Of a stretch of 31,310 nucleotides of DNA, positions 26,321-31,310 are shown piece after piece. A model generated the notes under the pieces. It was not told where the DNA came from. It did not search any database and saw only the letters and a program-made list of their open reading frames with translations. The translations under genes and the position numbers were made by a program. Source of the DNA: Candidatus Heimdallarchaeota archaeon (GTDB taxonomy: Archaea; Asgardarchaeota; Heimdallarchaeia; Heimdallarchaeales; Heimdallarchaeaceae); assembly GCA_018238545.1 (NCBI GenBank), contig JABCTC010000039.1, positions 1 to 31,310 of the forward strand. The letters are read 5' to 3'. Position 1 is the first letter of the stretch. The number at the start of each line of letters is the position of its first letter.

Positions 26321-29200
26321 TTAATGCATTCCTACCATTTTGGCAAAACCAGCCATACGTTCTGTTCTCAAAGCATATCTGAAGATTTCAAATAGGATAC
26401 ATAGACCTAAAGTGAAACCGATTATATATGCCCAATCTTCCAAGCTTATCAGATAATAAGCGAGACCATCAGCTGGCTTAAATCCAGTAAATACAGCTTG
26501 AAATGGTGGGATATAAACAACTCCTATTAATAGGATCCATGAAAGTACAACTGCACCAATCAAGTATTTGTTCTTAAATGGATGAGATTTGAGGAAGGAC
26601 GTTGCATTATCGTTCCGAGCTATAAACACGAACCATAGTTCAAATGACAAAGTAGCTACAAAAGCTAATGTTTGAGAATAAGCTACCTTTGCTTCATATA
26701 ATTGTTCGTGAGTTAATGTTAAGTTATTTGTAGAAGCCCAGTTAGCTATAACTCTGTCACCTACTCCTAAATATCCAACAAGGAACATCCCTAGAGATCC
26801 AATAAGAGCTATAACTCCCGCAAAGGAAGCAAAAGCATACATATCTCGAACAAATGAAGACTTTTTACCACGTGGAGGGCGTTTCATCAATTCAGGATCA
26901 TAAGGATCGAAAGATAGGGATAAAGCTGGTAGAGCATCAGTGAGGAGATTGAGGAAAAGAATCTGAAGAGGTAGGAAAGGTAGCTCTTGGAATGCAGCAT
27001 AAATTATTAAAACTGCAAAAATCTCATCGAAGTTGCAACTCAAGAGATAACGAATGAACTTCTTCATATTCTCGAAGATGTTACGACCTTCTTCAACAGC
27101 TGAAACAATAGTATTGAAGGCATCATCAGTAATAACCATAGCTGCAACCTCTTTAGAAACATCCGTTCCAGTAATGCCCATAGCAACTCCGATATCTGCC
27201 TTTTTTAAGGCTGGAGCATCGTTGACCCCATCACCTGTTACAGCTACAACATGATCTAAGTCTTGTAATGTTTCCACTACACGATATTTGTCTTTTGGAC
27301 TCATCCTGCTGTAAACTTTTATCTTTTCTATCTGCTCATTTAATTCTTCATTTGTCATCAGAGCGAATTTTTCACCGCTTATAACTAAATGCTCATCTGT
27401 TTTTATTATACCAATTTCTTTTGCGACAGCTACGGCAGTTGGTTCTTGATCTCCAGTTATCATTACTGTAGTAATTCCTGCCATTCTACATTCTTCTATA
27501 GCATCTTTTACTTCTGGTCTTGCTGGATCAATCATTCCTGTTAGCCCTAGAAATATCATATCATCTTCTATTTCATCGTCTTTTGTCTTATCGTAATCTT
27601 TTGGTAATTCTCTATAAGCAACTGCTAGTACTCTTAGAGCTTTTTCTGCTAGACCAAGATTAGATTTCATGATTTCTTGCTCTAGAGCTTTTGTCATCTT
27701 GGTTTCTTTGCCTTTCTTCATTGCAGAATTGCATCTTGTTAGAACAACTGGAGGGCTTCCTTTCATGAACGCGTATTTCTTTCCGTTGTCATCATGAATT
27801 GTTGTCATTCTCTTTCTATCAGAATCAAAGAATATTTCATGTTCCTTTTTCAACAATAACTCTTTTGAAAATCCTGCTTTTTCTGCTGCTACAAGTAAAG
27901 CTGCTTCAGTTGGATCTCCTTTGATATTTATTCTATCGCCCTCTCTTATAACTGCTGAATTATTACAGTGATAACTTGTTTGTAACACTGATTTCAGAGT
28001 TGGTACTTCCATAGGATTTACTTTCTTTTCATCTTGTGAGAAATCACCATCTAATAGATAACCTGAACCTCCAACAGCATACAATCCATCAATCGTCCAT
28101 ATTTCTTTAACTGTCATTTCGTTTCTGGTTAATGTACCTGTTTTGTCACTGCAGATATAATCAACTGAACCTAGTGTTTCAACAGCTGGTAATTTTGATA
28201 CTATAGTATTTCTCTTTGCCATCTTTGAAACACCAATTGCAAGAGTGATTACTATTGCAGCTGGTAATCCTTCTGGTACTGCTGAAATTGCTAATGCGAC
28301 TGCTGTCTCAAAACTTTCTAGGAAGCTTTCTCCTAGTATTAGCCAATCAATTCCCATAACAATTCCACAGAGAACTAAGATGATAACCCCTAAAACTTTC
28401 CCTAACTTATCTAAAGCTAGCTGTAATGGGGTTAACTCTTCTTTTACCTGTGTTAACTCTGCAATTCGTCCCATTTCAGTTCTCATACCTGTATTTGCAA
28501 CGATTGCTTCTCCTCTTCCATAAACACAAGTTGTTCCTGAATAAATCATGTTTTTTCTATCATGAATTCTTGCTTCTTCTGGAACTATATCAAGATTTTT
28601 TGTTACTGAAGATGATTCTCCTGTTAAGGCCGCCTCATCTACTTTGAAGCTGTTAACCTCAAGCAATCTACAATCTGCTGGTATCTTTTCTCCAACTTCT
28701 AGTCGCACTATATCTCCTGGAACAAGGTCAGCGCTGTGGATTACGGTCTCTTTCCCATCCCTTAGCACCACTACATCTTGTTCGAAATATTCTTTTAGTT
28801 TCTCTAATGCTTGATTAGATCTATAATCTTGAACAAATCCTATTATCGCATTAATTATAACTATGGTAAATATCGCTATTGCATCGATTATTTCGGATGT
28901 TCCTGCGTCGTCTCCTGCACCAACTAATCCAAGCACGAGACTGATAGTTCCCGCAATAATCAACAGTATTACTAGGAAGTTAGTAAACTGCTCCAGAATC
29001 ATCTTAAGTACTTTGAAACGTTCTGTAATTGTGATCTTATTAGGTCCATACTTTTCTAGTCTGATAACAACATCGTTGTTGCTTAAACCTTCTACGCTAG
29101 AATCTAATTGCTTGAAAACATCACTTGTCTTTAAGCTGTGCCACGCCGTTACATCTTGTACTATTTCTGATTCCATTTCTTTTTTCTTCTTTTTTGGCAT
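26321..29200 (-). CDS. Cation-transporting P-type ATPase (P2/Ca2+-type)
   Basis: TGES, PEGL, DKTGT, KGSP, MITGD, TGDGVND, NLLTD. Confidence 0.96.
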   Translation of the reverse strand: MPKKKKKEMESEIVQDVTAWHSLKTSDVFKQLDSSVEGLSNNDVVIRLEKYGPNKITITERFKVLKMILEQFTNFLVILLIIAGTISLVLGLVGAGDDAGTSEIIDAIAIFTIVIINAIIGFVQDYRSNQALEKLKEYFEQDVVVLRDGKETVIHSADLVPGDIVRLEVGEKIPADCRLLEVNSFKVDEAALTGESSSVTKNLDIVPEEARIHDRKNMIYSGTTCVYGRGEAIVANTGMRTEMGRIAELTQVKEELTPLQLALDKLGKVLGVIILVLCGIVMGIDWLILGESFLESFETAVALAISAVPEGLPAAIVITLAIGVSKMAKRNTIVSKLPAVETLGSVDYICSDKTGTLTRNEMTVKEIWTIDGLYAVGGSGYLLDGDFSQDEKKVNPMEVPTLKSVLQTSYHCNNSAVIREGDRINIKGDPTEAALLVAAEKAGFSKELLLKKEHEIFFDSDRKRMTTIHDDNGKKYAFMKGSPPVVLTRCNSAMKKGKETKMTKALEQEIMKSNLGLAEKALRVLAVAYRELPKDYDKTKDDEIEDDMIFLGLTGMIDPARPEVKDAIEECRMAGITTVMITGDQEPTAVAVAKEIGIIKTDEHLVISGEKFALMTNEELNEQIEKIKVYSRMSPKDKYRVVETLQDLDHVVAVTGDGVNDAPALKKADIGVAMGITGTDVSKEVAAMVITDDAFNTIVSAVEEGRNIFENMKKFIRYLLSCNFDEIFAVLIIYAAFQELPFLPLQILFLNLLTDALPALSLSFDPYDPELMKRPPRGKKSSFVRDMYAFASFAGVIALIGSLGMFLVGYLGVGDRVIANWASTNNLTLTHEQLYEAKVAYSQTLAFVATLSFELWFVFIARNDNATSFLKSHPFKNKYLIGAVVLSWILLIGVVYIPPFQAVFTGFKPADGLAYYLISLEDWAYIIGFTLGLCILFEIFRYALRTERMAGFAKMVGMH

Positions 29201-29316
29201 AATTGCACCTTTCTTCTGTAAAATGAACGCTTTAGATTAGGATTTTTGCTCTGCCTTAAAAAATTTTTGTAGTAGATATAATATTTAGGTACATAAAAGA
29301 AAGAAGAAAAAGCGCT

Positions 29317-30459
29317 TTAAGAGTTATATTGTTTTAATAGTTCAATCAATTTATCAATATCTTCCTCTGTATTGTAAAAATGTGGGCTTATTCTTATCCC
29401 TCCATAGCGACTCGACACAATGATATTCTTCTCTTTCAATTTTCTAACTATTTCAACATTATTCTGTATTCTTGCATTAACTATTCCAGATCGGTTCTCC
29501 TTATTTCTTGAAGTAATATATTCTATATTTTTCAGCTCATCTAGTTTCTCAAATAAGTAATCAGTTAGCAGCATTATCCTTTTTTCTATCTTATCAACAC
29601 CATAGTCTAGAAGGATTTTCATCCCTGCATTTGCAACATAATATAACAAGTTTCCAGGATTAGTATCCATGAACTTATCAGCTGAAGGCAAGAATTCCAA
29701 TTTGTTCACATTCCAGTAAGGTTCATCCCTCGAACCAAAATCTGTTCCATGATATCCTGCATAGGGGGGATAGAAATCATCAATAAGTTTCTTGTTGATA
29801 TAAAATAGACCTTTATGATTGGGACCTATTAGCCACTTAGCAACTCCACAAGTTAGGAAGTCGACGTCCCAATCTTTCACATCATTGACCAAAGCGCCTG
29901 TGGACTGAATAGAATCTACTAAAATATATGCGCCATTTTCATGTGCAATTTTCGCTATTTCTTTCACATCTGATTTATAACCTGAGATCCACTGAACGTG
30001 GGATAAAAGAACTATTTTCGTGTTTTCATCTATTTTATCTGCAAATGCCTCAACTAGTATCTCATTCTTTTTGTCTGGAACTGGACGGTACTCGACATTT
30101 TTCTTCTCTTGGAGATATAATGCTTGGTAAACTTGTCCTGGATAGTCGTTCCAATAGCAAACAATATTACTTTCCTTGTCATATTTTAGCATATTCACAG
30201 CTAGTTTTGTACCATGTGTAACATCAGGAGTAAAAACAATTTCTTCAGCTGTAGCATTTATCAATTTTGCAAATTGCGATTTAACTTCTTCACAAGCTAT
30301 ATACACTTCTTCAAAATCTGATTCAGCCCAATGAGTTGAGTATTTTTTCAATGCTTCTGCAGTCTTACCATGCAAAGGTCCAGTTGAAGCGTGGTTAAGA
30401 TAAATGTGCTTCTTGAATGTAGGCGATTCTTTTCTTATTTTTCTAATATAAGAATCCAT
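29317..30459 (-). CDS. PLP-dependent class V aminotransferase-fold enzyme
   Basis: YLNHAS, DSIQ, AKWLIGP (PLP Lys), IRISPHFYN. No catalytic Cys loop. Confidence 0.88.
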   Translation of the reverse strand: MDSYIRKIRKESPTFKKHIYLNHASTGPLHGKTAEALKKYSTHWAESDFEEVYIACEEVKSQFAKLINATAEEIVFTPDVTHGTKLAVNMLKYDKESNIVCYWNDYPGQVYQALYLQEKKNVEYRPVPDKKNEILVEAFADKIDENTKIVLLSHVQWISGYKSDVKEIAKIAHENGAYILVDSIQSTGALVNDVKDWDVDFLTCGVAKWLIGPNHKGLFYINKKLIDDFYPPYAGYHGTDFGSRDEPYWNVNKLEFLPSADKFMDTNPGNLLYYVANAGMKILLDYGVDKIEKRIMLLTDYLFEKLDELKNIEYITSRNKENRSGIVNARIQNNVEIVRKLKEKNIIVSSRYGGIRISPHFYNTEEDIDKLIELLKQYNS

Positions 30460-30483
30460 GATAGTTCTATAGCATTTTTAACC

Positions 30484-31065
30484 CTAAATATTTTTCCCAT
30501 TTTTGTCGAGACTTATGAGATATGGAGGTTGTTTTGAAAAATCTTGTTTTAGCATGGTTAACAAAGGTATTTTCCTGTAAAAGTAAAGAACAACAATAAT
30601 AATTAAACATACTGCACCGAATATCTCATTAAGATAAACAGAAGGAAGTTTGAGCATTTCCAAGAACGAAAGTGATCTCTCAGGAAATTCATAGTTTACG
30701 AATGGAAATAACCAAGGCATAAAACCACCAACATCTAGAAGAATATGCATTTGCCACCCAACAATGAAACCTATCCAGATTCTTTTGTTCTTCCAAAAAA
30801 CTGCAAGAACGATCAGTGATATAACAACATCAAATAATAAAGAATGGGCAATATATCTCCCATTTCCTGTAATTGGCAAAGATATAGTTTTGTCTATGAT
30901 GTCAGGACCTAATGAACCTAGTAACAGAGCGTATAATGAAACATATCTGATACCCCAATAATCCGCATCTATACTCTTGTTGCTTAACTTTTTGAAAAAA
31001 TATGTGATAATAAAAACTAACTCTACAACAAAAAATGTATAGCCTATATGAGCAAAAGGGAACAT
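30484..31065 (-). CDS. Membrane-bound metal-dependent hydrolase (YdjM-like)
   Basis: MFPFAH, GPDIIDK, GRYIAHSL, HILLD. ATG at 31065 preferred over 31089. Confidence 0.85.
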   Translation of the reverse strand: MFPFAHIGYTFFVVELVFIITYFFKKLSNKSIDADYWGIRYVSLYALLLGSLGPDIIDKTISLPITGNGRYIAHSLLFDVVISLIVLAVFWKNKRIWIGFIVGWQMHILLDVGGFMPWLFPFVNYEFPERSLSFLEMLKLPSVYLNEIFGAVCLIIIVVLYFYRKIPLLTMLKQDFSKQPPYLISLDKNGKNI

Positions 31066-31104
31066 GATGAGTTTTTGTCTTGTTGTCATATAAGGACAAC
31101 TTTA

Positions 31105-31310
31105 GTTGAGTGTATTTATTAGAGGTCAGCATATAAAACTATAACAGTTCTATACTCACTCTTAGCGGATACATCACGTATCCTCCTACCCCGTTCGCCC
31201 TGCGTTTAGGCAAGGCTTTCGGATCGCTTTTGAGTAAAATGTTGTATGCAGCATTGACATCAGCATTAATCAAGAAGCCGTTAGCGGATCTAAACAACCC
31301 TCGAGTAACT
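31105..31310 (-). mobile_element. Right end of an IS200/IS605- or IS607-family element, including the probable omega-RNA scaffold
   Basis: tnpB 3' end, raised GC, hairpin GGATAC-N5-GTATCC (31167-31183). The exact boundary is uncertain (~31105-31135). Confidence 0.75.
31139..31309 (-). CDS. tnpB: TnpB RNA-guided endonuclease, C-terminal fragment (5' part outside the window)
   Basis: VTRGLFRSANGFLINADVNAAYNILLKSDPKALPKRRANGVGGYVMYPLRVSIELL*, with the RuvC-III motif NADVNAA.NI. Confidence 0.9.
   Translation of the reverse strand, partial: VTRGLFRSANGFLINADVNAAYNILLKSDPKALPKRRANGVGGYVMYPLRVSIELL

Noticed and set aside
1913-30961. Many 60-125 aa track ORFs antisense to or nested in longer genes (e.g. 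1913-2107, 3139-3330, 10500-10832, 25777-26040, 28863-29240)
   Set aside because: Shadow frames of well-supported genes, with no motifs.
30902-31132. 76-aa ORF overlapping the hydrolase start
   Set aside because: Out-of-frame overlap that starts in the IS end region; no motif.

Overview
AT-rich archaeal chromosomal segment, most likely an Asgard (Heimdallarchaeia-like) archaeon. This is inferred from CDP-archaeol synthase CarS, a ThiR-type regulator, TATA/BRE promoters with near-leaderless starts, a Rab-like small GTPase and Asgard-style surface and Zn-ribbon proteins. Content: a thiamine locus (thiR-thiB-thiP-thiQ plus a translationally coupled APH/choline-kinase-family kinase), a wHTH regulator, SDR, TsaC/Sua5, DsrE, a feoA-feoB operon with an unannotated Cys-rich microprotein and palindromic operator array, a degenerate PAS-histidine kinase, carS, two PLP enzymes, an ABC-2 exporter, YyaL, nitroreductase, Bcp, the GTPase, a pseudogenised beta-helix/Asp-repeat surface protein, a P2-type ATPase and a YdjM-like hydrolase. 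Both edges appear to be mobile DNA. The right edge is the 3' end of a tnpB. The left edge is a GC-rich structured segment that truncates a membrane-protein gene and carries internal matches to its own junction, in a pattern reminiscent of an IS110 bridge RNA (hypothesis only). I saw no rRNA, tRNA or CRISPR array. All calls come from reading motifs by eye; no searches were run.
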